Virus record (IMG/VR): IMGVR_UViG_3300035698_007355
Coordinates: 32,732-96,731 of that record
DNA length: 64,000 nt
Strand: one strand, 5' to 3'
DNA from: a virus
Part shown: positions 37,893-48,224 of the stretch, piece by piece
Position numbering within the stretch: the stretch's first letter is position 1
Layout: each line of letters begins with the position of its first letter
The notes under the pieces: generated by a model
Seen by the model: the letters and a program-made list of their open reading frames with translations, nothing else
The model's database searches: none
Told to the model about the DNA's origin: nothing
Translations under genes and position numbers: made by a program

Positions 37893-38924
37893 ATGGAAGA
37901 AACGAAAGATTTAAATAGTCAAACTACTATACTAAAGGATGGACCGGAAAACAACGACGGTGGGGAACCAGGGGGAACCACCTTGAACAAAACTAAGCAA
38001 CCTGTAAAGGATATATCCTTAACAAGTAGTAAAAAGGGGAACCAGGGGGTACCACCCCGTGAACCGCTCAAATTGAGCCCTACTTCTATATTAACATATA
38101 AGTCGTGCCCAAGACAATTCTATTATAGTTATATCCTTAAAATACCAACTAAATTAAATATACATCTTGTAAAAGGTAATGTTGTGCATAAGGTATTTGA
38201 GGATTTCTTTAAGAAAAAAGCCTACTTCAAAAAAGATTTAGAAGGAGAAGCTTTAATGTTATTTGAAAGAGCTTGGCTAAAGAAAAAGGAAGAATTGGAT
38301 TCTCTCTCATTAACGCCGGAAGAACTGGCTGTTGAGAAAAAGGATTGTATGAATATGGTTAGTTCATATATCCACAAATTAAGAATCGATATGGACCTTC
38401 TAATTCACATTGGAAAAGCTAAAAATGAGGCTCACGCTTATATGTTAGTTAGACCACAAATGAAAGAGTTATATCTTGCCGACAAAGAATTAAGATTAAG
38501 AGGATATGTAGATAGAGTCCACATAGACTTTAATGGTGATACAACACTTGGCGATTATAAAACAAGTTCTAGGTACGGATTAGGTATAAAAGATGATTAT
38601 GAATTACAAACAGGGCTATACGCTCTCTTATACAATCGTGTGAAGGGTTTAAACGCTGATTGGACCAGTATTATCTATTTTAGATACGGATACGAGGTCG
38701 CAACAAGAGTGTCACCAGAACGCGTTAAACGAGCCCTGGACGCAACCCTTGAATTACGTGATAAAGTTGATGCTACCCTTGAAAAAGAGGATTATCCATT
38801 ACAACAATCCAAATTGTGTAAATGGTGTAATCATTTAGACCGATGTAGTGGGATTCGTGATGTAGAGGATAAATTGCGACAGGAAAAAGCAATTGCTGAA
38901 TTCAAGAAAAAAGGTGACAAATAA
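37893..38924 (+). CDS. Cas4/RecB-like PD-(D/E)XK exonuclease
   Basis: LSPTSI..YKSCPRQFY, GYVDRV, DYKT, Q..LY, CKWC....C. Confidence 0.85.
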   Translation: MEETKDLNSQTTILKDGPENNDGGEPGGTTLNKTKQPVKDISLTSSKKGNQGVPPREPLKLSPTSILTYKSCPRQFYYSYILKIPTKLNIHLVKGNVVHKVFEDFFKKKAYFKKDLEGEALMLFERAWLKKKEELDSLSLTPEELAVEKKDCMNMVSSYIHKLRIDMDLLIHIGKAKNEAHAYMLVRPQMKELYLADKELRLRGYVDRVHIDFNGDTTLGDYKTSSRYGLGIKDDYELQTGLYALLYNRVKGLNADWTSIIYFRYGYEVATRVSPERVKRALDATLELRDKVDATLEKEDYPLQQSKLCKWCNHLDRCSGIRDVEDKLRQEKAIAEFKKKGDK

Positions 38925-39307
38925 TGGGGCTACCAACAGATGAATTTAAATGTAGGTTATGTAGCTTACCATCAAGAACACCAAGTGATGAGGACATATC
39001 TATTTGTGAAACTTGTGCCTATTTCAAAAAGACAGATGAAAATTGGGCAAAGATAGAACAAAAGGATAAAAAATCTAAGGAAAAGAATATACTTGTTGGT
39101 AGATACATACAAGAAGGTATGGGTGACGGCTACGCTATATATAATATCACAAAAGAAAATAAAAATACGGTACAAATAGAAGTAGTTACAGGAATTGGCG
39201 ATGATTGGATAATACCATATTGGGGTGAAAAAACCACAATAGATAAAAAATATGCTACCGAACAATTAAGATGTAGAGATTTACCACCTTTATTCGGAGA
39301 AGAATAA
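38924..39307 (+). CDS. Hypothetical Zn-finger protein
   Basis: CRLC...CETC, GDGYAIY. Confidence 0.55.
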   Translation: MGLPTDEFKCRLCSLPSRTPSDEDISICETCAYFKKTDENWAKIEQKDKKSKEKNILVGRYIQEGMGDGYAIYNITKENKNTVQIEVVTGIGDDWIIPYWGEKTTIDKKYATEQLRCRDLPPLFGEE

Positions 39308-39793
39308 AATGGAAACAATACATATACGATTAAGTTTTAAAAGTAGATGGGAATTATACCTATTAAAGATTAAGATAGGAGACCCTCATAAATCAAAATT
39401 TAGGGTAGCTATTGATGAACTTCCAGAACTGTTTAAAAAGAAAAAAATAGGAGCGTTATTTGGATAAAATGGGAATATACGGATTTGCAAATATCGAAAT
39501 AGTATTTGAGGAAAACACTAGTGAAGACCAAATAAAAACATTCTTTGAAACTCTTGAAAGCCGAGAAGAATTATCTATCAGTAATATAAAGGATAATTAT
39601 TTTGAAGTTCATAGTATGAGGGTGCAAAATTTAGAATACCAATGTAGTATTGTAATAGAAATATGTAAAGTAACCCCTTATATCGCAGAAGCCTCATTTA
39701 GTGGTTTTACAGAATATGATTTAGGGGTATATTATAATAAAGGAGACGAGTAAGAGGATTGGAAAAATAAAGACAAAGAGGTTTTAAATTAAA

Positions 39794-40657
39794 ATGGGAT
39801 ATATGCACATAGAGAACCTGTATAAGAATACAGATATTATGGCGTTCAAAGAATGTTACGCTTTAGAGAAGATACACGGAACATCAGCACATATTAAATT
39901 CACCAGTGAAGATGGAGTATCATTCTTTTCTGGTGGAGAAAAACACGATAAATTTATTAAATTATTTAATTCGGTTAAACTAGAGGAACTTTATTGTAAA
40001 GTTTTTGAGGAACAAGACTGTCCAGATGTTACATTATTTGGTGAAGCTTATGGTGGAAAACAACAAGGTATGAGTGAAACTTATGGTAAAGAATTAAAGT
40101 TTATAGTATTTGATGTTAAAATTGGAGATACTTGGTTAGACGTACCAAATGCTTATGATGTAGCTTGTAAGTTAGACCAAGAATTTGTTGATTGGGTAAA
40201 ATGCGATACTAAATTAGAAACTTTAAATGGTTATAGAGATATACCTTCTAGACAAGCTAAAAGAAATGGTATTGTAGAAGATAAAATTGCTGAGGGTATT
40301 GTATTACGACCTTTAGTTGAGTGTACTAAAAGCAACGGTAACAGAATTATTGTAAAACATAAAAGAGAGGAATTCAACGAAACAAAGACTGTAAGAGAAG
40401 TAGACCCAGAGAAATTAAAAATCTTAGAGGAAGCTAGAGAGATAGCTATTGAATGGGTTACAGAAATGAGGATGAAACACGTTCTTGACAAACTTGGAAA
40501 TCCCGATGATATTAAAGAAACAGGAGCTGTAGTTAAGGCTATGATAGAAGATGTTTTAAGAGAGGCTAAAGGAGAAATAGTCGAGTCCCAAAATACAAAG
40601 AAAGCCATTGGAACTGCATCCGCTAGAATGTATAAGGAGATGACTAGCAAGATATAG
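39794..40657 (+). CDS. ATP-dependent RNA ligase (Rnl2-like)
   Basis: EKIHGT (motif I), LFGE, FDV, EGIVLRP, VKHK. Confidence 0.8.
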   Translation: MGYMHIENLYKNTDIMAFKECYALEKIHGTSAHIKFTSEDGVSFFSGGEKHDKFIKLFNSVKLEELYCKVFEEQDCPDVTLFGEAYGGKQQGMSETYGKELKFIVFDVKIGDTWLDVPNAYDVACKLDQEFVDWVKCDTKLETLNGYRDIPSRQAKRNGIVEDKIAEGIVLRPLVECTKSNGNRIIVKHKREEFNETKTVREVDPEKLKILEEAREIAIEWVTEMRMKHVLDKLGNPDDIKETGAVVKAMIEDVLREAKGEIVESQNTKKAIGTASARMYKEMTSKI

Positions 40658-40766
40658 TCCTGAATAACAAACAGGTAGAAATGTCACAGGACAATTCTGC
40701 GATAAAAATTAAGGGAGAGGTGTGGTATTCTAGACCTCTCCCACTAATTGTCAAAGGAGAAATAAA

Positions 40767-41138
40767 ATGGAACAATGTATTAATTGTAAACGGATGGTTA
40801 AAGACGACCAAATATATGGAGATAATGATGATAAATGTTTTTACTGCATAGGAGGAATAAAAATGGAAGAAACTGCAAAAATATATGTAAACACAACAAG
40901 AGGATTAGCAGAATATATGGGTGGGCCAAATTTTCTAGATGGAAAGCGTAAATGCCCAGACTGTAAAGGTGAAATGGAACGTAGCCCTCTTAGACAACAA
41001 TTTGTAAGAGTTGAGGGCGGAAAAGTATTAGTAGACATCAAACAAGATGGAACAATGATAGTTAGCAAAGCTGACCCAGATTGGAATTGGTTTTGTAAAA
41101 AATGTGTATTAGGTATAAACCCATCACTAATAATGTAA
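40767..41138 (+). CDS. Cys-rich hypothetical protein
   Basis: Four CxxC pairs. Confidence 0.5.
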   Translation: MEQCINCKRMVKDDQIYGDNDDKCFYCIGGIKMEETAKIYVNTTRGLAEYMGGPNFLDGKRKCPDCKGEMERSPLRQQFVRVEGGKVLVDIKQDGTMIVSKADPDWNWFCKKCVLGINPSLIM

Positions 41139-42514
41139 AGGCACATCAACGCCAATTCAACGAGGAAGACTAAAATGAAACCACTTTGTCCTAAATGTAG
41201 AAAAAAACTAATTAGTAGAGTATATTCTTTTAACGCCATACATTTAAACTTTTTTAATTATGAGTGCCTTAACAAAAATTGTAAATGGAGTAAAGCAAAA
41301 TGACGATTAAATATTTGGATGCGTCCAAACTGACCACCCGAGAGAAAGAGGAATTTGGTATTGAGGCGGATATAGGTATATTCGCTATCAATACCGATAA
41401 TAATAATAAGGCTAATAAAGTAAAAAAAGGTACAAAAGTATATGAAATATAATATTTAATAGTGCCTCCTTGTCCGGGAAGCGATTGCTTCCTGGACTCA
41501 TACTTAGAAAAACACTATATGAGGTGAAAAAAGATGGATAAAGAAAACAAATTACGAATGGAACATTTAGAAAACAAAGCAAAGAGGGAATTCATATATA
41601 ATTCTGACTGGTCAGCAATAATGGAAATGTTAGACCCAAAAGAACAAAAGGAACTTAATGACTTGTATGATGAACACCAAATAAGTTATGAAGGTCAATT
41701 TTGAATTGTGCCACATAAGCGCCAATTCGACTACCTAAAAGGTGACCAGAAAAAATGAAAGAATACGATATATTATATAAATTTGGAGATGTTTGTATAA
41801 CCGTTGAAGCTAAAAATGAACAGGAAGCTAGAGAAAAAGCACAAAGTTTGTTGGAAGGACAAGATTTAAAGGAAGATAGTAAATGTTATGATATTGAAGT
41901 AGAGGAAACAAGAAAATGATATGTAAACACGAATTAATAATTCCAACTGCTACAAACGAATGGTGTTGTGAAATATGCGGAGAAATGATAGACCCAATTG
42001 TAGTAGCTAAAAGATTGGACGAATTAGATAATTATAAACGAGGATTTATTATATGGATGGAATATTGGGAATCACTACCAGATGAAGAAAAACCTGAGAT
42101 AGACAAAGCATTAAAAAAATTGGACTTATAAAATGATGACAATATTAATAATAGGAATTGTTGTAGCAAGTATAATACTATATATAACAGGATATGCTTT
42201 AACTACAAGATGGATGAATAATATTACAATGAGCGATATGGATACTGAACTAGAGGGGTTATTATTTGCTTTTTGGAGCATAACAATAATAATAGTAGCA
42301 GTAAACCAATTCTATTTATGGATACGAGGTGACTAAATGAAATATAAAATAACCTGCACATTTGAACAAATAGTTGAATTACCTGATTTTGATAAGGAAA
42401 TAGAAAAAGATGTTTTAGAAACAGTAATATTTGATAAATTGGAAGATGATATTAATAGGAATAATTCTACACCAGAAGTAGTATTCTGGTCTAATTTAGA
42501 ATGGAGTGAGGAAA

Positions 42515-42826
42515 ATGGTAAGTCCTAATTTTGTGAAAAAGTTTAAAAGAACTCCACGAAACCTACAAGAAATTGAACGATTAAAACAATGGTATGCAGA
42601 TAAAAATTGCACCATTAAATTACGTGGTAGACATCACGATAGAATTGGATTATACGAAAGAATGGGGTGGAGAAAAACAGCACAAATGGATATACCAATA
42701 GAACACGCTGAGGAAATATCCTTTTACGCTTATAAAAAATATGGGTGGGACTCACCACCATTACCACCTAAATTCCAAGTTGATGATAAAATTGATTGGA
42801 AACAATACTATGGTGAACGACGATGA
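42515..42826 (+). CDS. Hypothetical protein with degenerate C-terminal WKQYY motif
   Basis: ...KIDWKQYYGERR. Confidence 0.55.
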   Translation: MVSPNFVKKFKRTPRNLQEIERLKQWYADKNCTIKLRGRHHDRIGLYERMGWRKTAQMDIPIEHAEEISFYAYKKYGWDSPPLPPKFQVDDKIDWKQYYGERR

Positions 42827-43255
42827 ACGAGGATTTAAAAGAAAAATTAAAAGAATTGATAGATTGGAATTTTGGACGAATGGATGAGGATTGTCATAAA
42901 ATATTAGATAAGATTCGTAAAGATGAACCACATTGGACAAGTGATTAAAAATGAACGCAGACCAAATTGAAGACTACCAAATGTTTTTGGCTAATAGAAG
43001 TAATTCCGAATTAAAGATAATTAGAGGACATTTACAAAAACAACTTGAATTGGTAGAACATGAACTAAAGCTATCAAACATAAGTATAAAGGAGGGATTC
43101 GAAAATGAAACAAGAACTAACGGATAAGATAATAGAAATATATGAGGAATGGTTATTAGACTATGCCTCAGACGAGATACATTGTAAAGACCAATTGATA
43201 GACGCAAGTGAAAACCAACTATATTGGGACGAGTTTATTGAACAAATAAAAGACG

Positions 43256-43687
43256 GTGAGTAAAATGAACAAAGACATATTTTTTATAATATTACTTATG
43301 GCTTTAATAACAGGCTTAGTTGTAGGGTTTTTTATAGCTAAAGAAAAATATGAAGGACAATATGAATGTGTTAATGCTAACCTAATTAATGCCTCATCGA
43401 TTATAGAAGATGGTGAATGGAATGTTATGTATGTAACTATGCCTCAAGAATACTTTAATATAGAAGAGCCTATTGATGGTAAGATAGTTTACCCGAAATA
43501 TATAGTTATAAATCTAAGAGGAAAAACTGTAATAGATGTTATAGAGACCTTTATGCATGAAATGGCTCATTTGTACGGATACCTAGACGCAAAACATTTT
43601 ATTATAAAGGATTCAGATTCTAATTGGGACGAATATACTGATAAAATTGGAGAAAATAATGCTCCTAAAATAACAGCGGTGATATAA
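43256..43687 (+). CDS. Membrane-anchored HExxH protein
   Basis: N-terminal TM helix; FMHEMAH. Confidence 0.55.
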   Translation: MSKMNKDIFFIILLMALITGLVVGFFIAKEKYEGQYECVNANLINASSIIEDGEWNVMYVTMPQEYFNIEEPIDGKIVYPKYIVINLRGKTVIDVIETFMHEMAHLYGYLDAKHFIIKDSDSNWDEYTDKIGENNAPKITAVI

Positions 43688-44356
43688 AATGAAAGCAATA
43701 GTTACGGTAAAGTTAGAAAGAAATCCAAAACACAACCCTCATAATAAAGTTATAGGAGATTGTCCTTTATACGAGAATACGAAATGTTCGGATGTAACAG
43801 GAGAACATCATAGTTATTTAGAGGAAGCTGAAGACGAAAATATGATTTGGGTTAAAGCTAGGCGAAGATATAAACATATAACGAGAGTGGAAGTAACATG
43901 GTAATAGAATATCAAATAGACCTTATGTTAGAAGATGCTAAGAAAACAAAGAAAGAATTGGCTGTTATTCTTAAAGATATTAAGAGGCGAAATGCTAAAT
44001 TAAAAAAGGAGAATGAAAATGAATGTAAATAAACTAAATAAATGGTGGGATAAAAGACTTGCTACAGTATATGGTTTTTATTATTTCCTAGCACTTATAA
44101 CACTATTACTGATAGTCCCTTATTATATGTGGGGTGCTATTGGACATGATATAGGATTAATGATATTGTGTGTATTGGCTATGTATAGAATACAAGCACA
44201 CATATTTAGGAGGAGAATATAACCACTAATATGATTACTTCGAGGTTTATAGGATAAATGTAGAACCTGTCATATTAAAAAGTAATGTTTCCGACTATTG
44301 AGTCGGCGTCAATGCGGATTAGAATGTTTCGGGTTAAAAATCTTTCTAAGGAACAA

Positions 44357-44432
44357 CCGAAACATTTATATATGCGAACTTACAATATAATAGGGTAGTT
44401 AAAACATATGGAAGAAGCGAAACATTTATAAA
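44357..44432 (+). promoter_or_regulatory. Two tandem BRE-TATA promoters
   Basis: CCGAAACATTTATATA at 44357 and CGAAACATTTATAAA at 44418. Confidence 0.7.
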
Positions 44433-44465
44433 GAGAAATGAATAACTACTATATAGTGACAAATA

Positions 44466-44699
44466 ATGAAAAAGAGCGACCAAAAGGCTTTGAAGTATTA
44501 CATAAACAAGAAGGTTTTCCCTTTACGGAGAACTACCAACGAAAGTATATATTGTGTTGAGGCAAACACAGGTGTTTGGAATGTTAAATATGAGATATTA
44601 AAAGATAGGTATTCTTGTGATTGTAAAAACATAAGATTAACGGAATGCGCTCATATTAAATGTGTCAAATTATGGAGAGAAAATGATGAAGAAGTTTAG
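44466..44699 (+). CDS. SWIM zinc-finger protein
   Basis: CDC....CAHI. Confidence 0.65.
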   Translation: MKKSDQKALKYYINKKVFPLRRTTNESIYCVEANTGVWNVKYEILKDRYSCDCKNIRLTECAHIKCVKLWRENDEEV

Positions 44700-44806
44700 A
44701 GTTTGCCCACACGGAGACCTATATTACAAGTGTCTATTTTGTAGAGATAACGCGGAAGATAGTAGGATAAGCAAATTATTACATATATTTAGAAACAGAG
44801 GATAAA

Positions 44807-45139
44807 TTGAACCAAACTGAATTAAATACATTCAAGAGGAAATATTTCGATTTGTCCAAACGTATAATCGAAGGTGCTATAATTCACGACCCTGGAACAA
44901 CACCAGGACATAGAGCATTAATAGAAAAAATATGTAACTGGGCACATAATAACAAATATTCATATTTTACAAGGTCTTATCTAAAAGAAGGTAAGATTGT
45001 AGATGTTGTAATTCCCGAATTACCACGTCCATTCATAGAAGTTCGGGACAGTGAAAAGAAAAAAACAAAGGAATATCTAAACAAGTATGAGGACTTAATA
45101 GTTTTTGTAGATGTTGATGACCCTTTTAATTTATTATAG
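44807..45139 (+). CDS. Possible PD-(D/E)XK-fold protein
   Basis: H...I, IVDVV, FIEV. Confidence 0.35.
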   Translation: MNQTELNTFKRKYFDLSKRIIEGAIIHDPGTTPGHRALIEKICNWAHNNKYSYFTRSYLKEGKIVDVVIPELPRPFIEVRDSEKKKTKEYLNKYEDLIVFVDVDDPFNLL

Positions 45140-45449
45140 AGGTGAAAAGTTGGAATTAGAAATTATATTGGGACACGATTTTACAAAAAATCAGTTGGTA
45201 CAGTTAAAAGTATCCAGTTCAGATGAATTAAATGGATGGTATAATTATGATAATCAAAAGACCAGTATTAATATTGGTTCTTTAGATTTCAAAAGAAAAA
45301 AGGTATTTAATTCTATAAAAAGATTTTTTACACAAATTACCGCACACGAAAGTATACACCATACAATATGGAATATTACAGGAAACGATATGGCTAATAG
45401 AACAGAAGAAAAATTTGTAGAACTTATGACAGGTGAAAGAAGATGGTAA
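45111..45449 (+). CDS. Small HExxH protein
   Basis: TAHESIHH...EEKFV. Confidence 0.5.
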   Translation: MLMTLLIYYRGEKLELEIILGHDFTKNQLVQLKVSSSDELNGWYNYDNQKTSINIGSLDFKRKKVFNSIKRFFTQITAHESIHHTIWNITGNDMANRTEEKFVELMTGERRW

Positions 45450-45742
45450 AAGTAGTGCTAGAGGAAAACGATATAATCGAATTGATTAAAGCAAAATATC
45501 CTTCTGCTGAAATAATTAGTGGGATATCAAAAGAAATTGAGGTTGTAATTCGGGTAACCGATATTACACCAGCAATTACAAAGAATTCAGTGGATGTTCA
45601 CGCAGTTATACCGCCAAAGGTAGTTAGAGATACTAATGGGGCTATAGACGCTGTAAAATCAGGATTAACATCAACACCAAGAAAAAAAACAAATCCTGGA
45701 AAGGACATGGGTCGAGAAAGAGGACGATTACCAGTTTTTTGA
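45443..45742 (+). CDS. Hypothetical protein
   Basis: AGGTGA RBS. Confidence 0.55.
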   Translation: MVKVVLEENDIIELIKAKYPSAEIISGISKEIEVVIRVTDITPAITKNSVDVHAVIPPKVVRDTNGAIDAVKSGLTSTPRKKTNPGKDMGRERGRLPVF

Positions 45743-45761
45743 TAATCAAGAGGTATTTTAA

Positions 45762-46100
45762 ATGGAAAAAACAAAAGAAGAATTAGGCAGGCCACAAAAA
45801 CCTTCAACAAGAAGAAAAATTGCGGCAGCTATGAAAGGTAAAAAGAATCCCGCCTGGAAAGACGGAAGAAGGGCTACAAGACGTATAGCTGGAGCAAAAC
45901 CAAATGATGGAAGTCTAGTTCACCATAAAAATGGAGATTCTAAGGACAACCGTAAAAGTAACTTAGAAAAAATACCGAAAAGTAAACGTGGTGAACATGA
46001 TAAAAAACATAAAAGAAATTTAAATTTTAAAAAGTCCGGTGGAACTAAAAAAGTGCCTAGAGGATATAAAGCTAAGGAACTTAAAGGTCGTAAAAAGTAA
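45762..46100 (+). CDS. Basic HNH-domain protein
   Basis: TRRKIA..MKGKKNPAWK (NUMOD3-like), VHHKNGDSKDNRKSNL. Confidence 0.75.
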   Translation: MEKTKEELGRPQKPSTRRKIAAAMKGKKNPAWKDGRRATRRIAGAKPNDGSLVHHKNGDSKDNRKSNLEKIPKSKRGEHDKKHKRNLNFKKSGGTKKVPRGYKAKELKGRKK

Positions 46101-46102
46101 TA

Positions 46103-46825
46103 ATGGTAGAAAGAATAGGGGAAGGATTTAATAGTAAATTAATTTTCTCTAAAGAGGAGATTGAAGATATTAAAAACAAATATAAAACACAATCCGCAAC
46201 AGAAATAGCTAATTTTTATAAATTAAATTCAAGTAATATAATATTTGTGTTAAATGAGAATAATATTAAAACACGAACAAGGGAAGAATCACAACAAAAT
46301 TATTTAATACAAAATAATGATAGGTCTTTAAAACAATCAGAATTTATGAAAAATAATAACCCTATGAATAATCCTGAAAGTAGGAAAAAATGTTCACAAC
46401 CTGGTAAAATAAACGCTAATTGGAAAGGTGGAAACATAAAAGTTATTTGTGATAAATGTAAAAGAATTAAATTATTAAAAAAATCAGAATTGAAGAAAAG
46501 GAAATTAAATGGTTTATGTTGGAATTGTTATAAACATTCAAGTCCAAAATCATCACTAGAAATAAAAACAGCAGAAGAATTAACAATACAAGGTATAAAA
46601 TATGAAGAGCAAGTTCCTTTTCACGGAATGTTTTTAGATTTTGTATTACCAAATAAAATTGTTATAGAAGTAGACGGTGAATATTGGCATAATTTACCAG
46701 ATAATAAAAACAGAGATTTAAGAAAAAATAAGTTATTAAAACAAGAAGGTTATAAATTATTCAGGTTTACAGACAAAGAAATTAATGAAGATGTTAAATT
46801 ATGTATAAATAAGGTGAAAAAATGA
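46103..46825 (+). CDS. DUF559/Vsr-like homing-type endonuclease
   Basis: LDF..IVIEVDGEYWH...RDLRKNKLL..GYKLFRF; NNPM and NANWKGG repeats. Confidence 0.75.
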   Translation: MVERIGEGFNSKLIFSKEEIEDIKNKYKTQSATEIANFYKLNSSNIIFVLNENNIKTRTREESQQNYLIQNNDRSLKQSEFMKNNNPMNNPESRKKCSQPGKINANWKGGNIKVICDKCKRIKLLKKSELKKRKLNGLCWNCYKHSSPKSSLEIKTAEELTIQGIKYEEQVPFHGMFLDFVLPNKIVIEVDGEYWHNLPDNKNRDLRKNKLLKQEGYKLFRFTDKEINEDVKLCINKVKK

Positions 46826-46935
46826 AAATAAGTGGATTAACAATATTATCATATAAAATAGATAAGTTAAAGAAATAAGGAAACTGGGTGGGACTTTAAT
46901 TCTAAAATTAAAATAATCGGTATTTTAATCATACA

Positions 46936-46958
46936 GGAACAACCGAAACATTTATAAA
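46936..46958 (+). promoter_or_regulatory. BRE-TATA promoter of replication genes
   Basis: GGAACAACCGAAACATTTATA identical to 44350-44370; AGTAGTAACA at 46979. Confidence 0.7.
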
Positions 46959-47018
46959 GAAACTAGTATTAACTATCTAGTAGTAACAAAAAATGATAGA
47001 TTTAAATATTGAAGGAAT

Positions 47019-47363
47019 TTGAAAATGGGAAAGATGAAAGATGAAGGAATAGAACAACAACAGGCAGAACAATATGCCGATGAATTGTTGCAGAAAGAAG
47101 AAAACCAATTAGAAAATGTAGAACCAGTAACAAAAGCATTATCTGATATGGGTGCTATTTGGAAACAAATAACTACAAAGTTGGATAGAGATTCTGTATG
47201 TTATGTTTGTAAACGGGAACTACTTAAATCTGAAAAGGAAAAAGAGAAATTTGATATTGTCTCTGTGCCTGATGATAAAGTAGATAAAGGATTAGCAGTA
47301 TTTGCGTCCGTTTGTAAAGAGTGTAATACAGAAAAAGAACTTCCAAAAGAGTTTATTGATTAA
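47019..47363 (+). CDS. Zn-finger hypothetical protein
   Basis: CYVC...CKEC. Confidence 0.55.
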   Translation: MKMGKMKDEGIEQQQAEQYADELLQKEENQLENVEPVTKALSDMGAIWKQITTKLDRDSVCYVCKRELLKSEKEKEKFDIVSVPDDKVDKGLAVFASVCKECNTEKELPKEFID

Positions 47364-47390
47364 GTAAAGTATGAGGTAAAAAAAAATAAA

Positions 47391-47948
47391 ATGACTGAAA
47401 ACGAACAAGAACAAAACCCGTCCTGGAATCCAGGAAAAATGGAAGCATTAGAGTCAGCAACTATAACATTAGATTCTGCTGAACCTATTGCTGATGGAAC
47501 AAATAAATGGGGAGAATGGTTTCTCTGGCCTATGGTAGTTGATAATGTAAAAGTATATGATAAAGGTAATTCAAAACCTAGACCTGAATTATATACTGGA
47601 AAAGCAGTATGTTTTCCATCAGAAGGATTACATAAACAATTCTTAGGACACACAGGTGGAACAAAAGAGAATGTTAAGATTAAAGTAACATTAGTCCCTA
47701 AAAAAGGAAAGAAAGGATTTTATACTACATTTCAGACTGAATTGGTCGAAGATGGAGTAACCCCAGAAAATTCCCCAAATGTGTTAGATAATCACGGTAG
47801 ATTCTTAAAAGACTTTAAGAACTTTGTAGATAATAACATTGTAGAAGGAACTAAAGAAGATTTTATAAATTTTGCAAAGAGTGATACTTATAAAATACCA
47901 GCAGACAGCCATGAGAAATTATGGGCAGTCTATAATGAGGGCAAATAA
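47391..47948 (+). CDS. Hypothetical protein, possible ssDNA-binding protein
   Basis: Aromatic-rich beta-type N-domain (GTNKWGEWFLW) in replication context. Confidence 0.35.
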   Translation: MTENEQEQNPSWNPGKMEALESATITLDSAEPIADGTNKWGEWFLWPMVVDNVKVYDKGNSKPRPELYTGKAVCFPSEGLHKQFLGHTGGTKENVKIKVTLVPKKGKKGFYTTFQTELVEDGVTPENSPNVLDNHGRFLKDFKNFVDNNIVEGTKEDFINFAKSDTYKIPADSHEKLWAVYNEGK

Positions 47949-48152
47949 GCCCATTTATAATCCTCAAGTCTAGACGAGGAAGGTTTTTCAGCACTCGCGC
48001 TTGGTTTTTCCCCAATAAAACCTAAATTGCAAGTCAATGGTGTTGTGACTTTAAAACCATACACCACTTATGCTATCTTTAGTAGTTGGCTGTGAAGCGA
48101 TGATAGTGAACCTTTATTTACCTTACGAGGCGGTCAACTACTCTTATACTAT

Positions 48153-48213
48153 GTGTGCTCGGTCGGAGTCCCTCAGTTCATTACTTGGTCCCGTTCGACT
48201 CGGGAAGCGCGCA
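48153..48213 (+). ncRNA. tRNA-like element (degenerate, CAU in loop)
   Basis: Acceptor GTGTGCT/AGCGCGC-A; perfect T arm TCCCG-TTCGACT-CGGGA; shortened D and anticodon region. Confidence 0.55.
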
Positions 48214-48224
48214 ATACTACTAAA

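Noticed and set aside
37893-38924. Cas4 as part of a CRISPR-Cas system
   Set aside because: Stand-alone Cas4-like nucleases are common in archaeal viruses; no cas1/cas2 or array present
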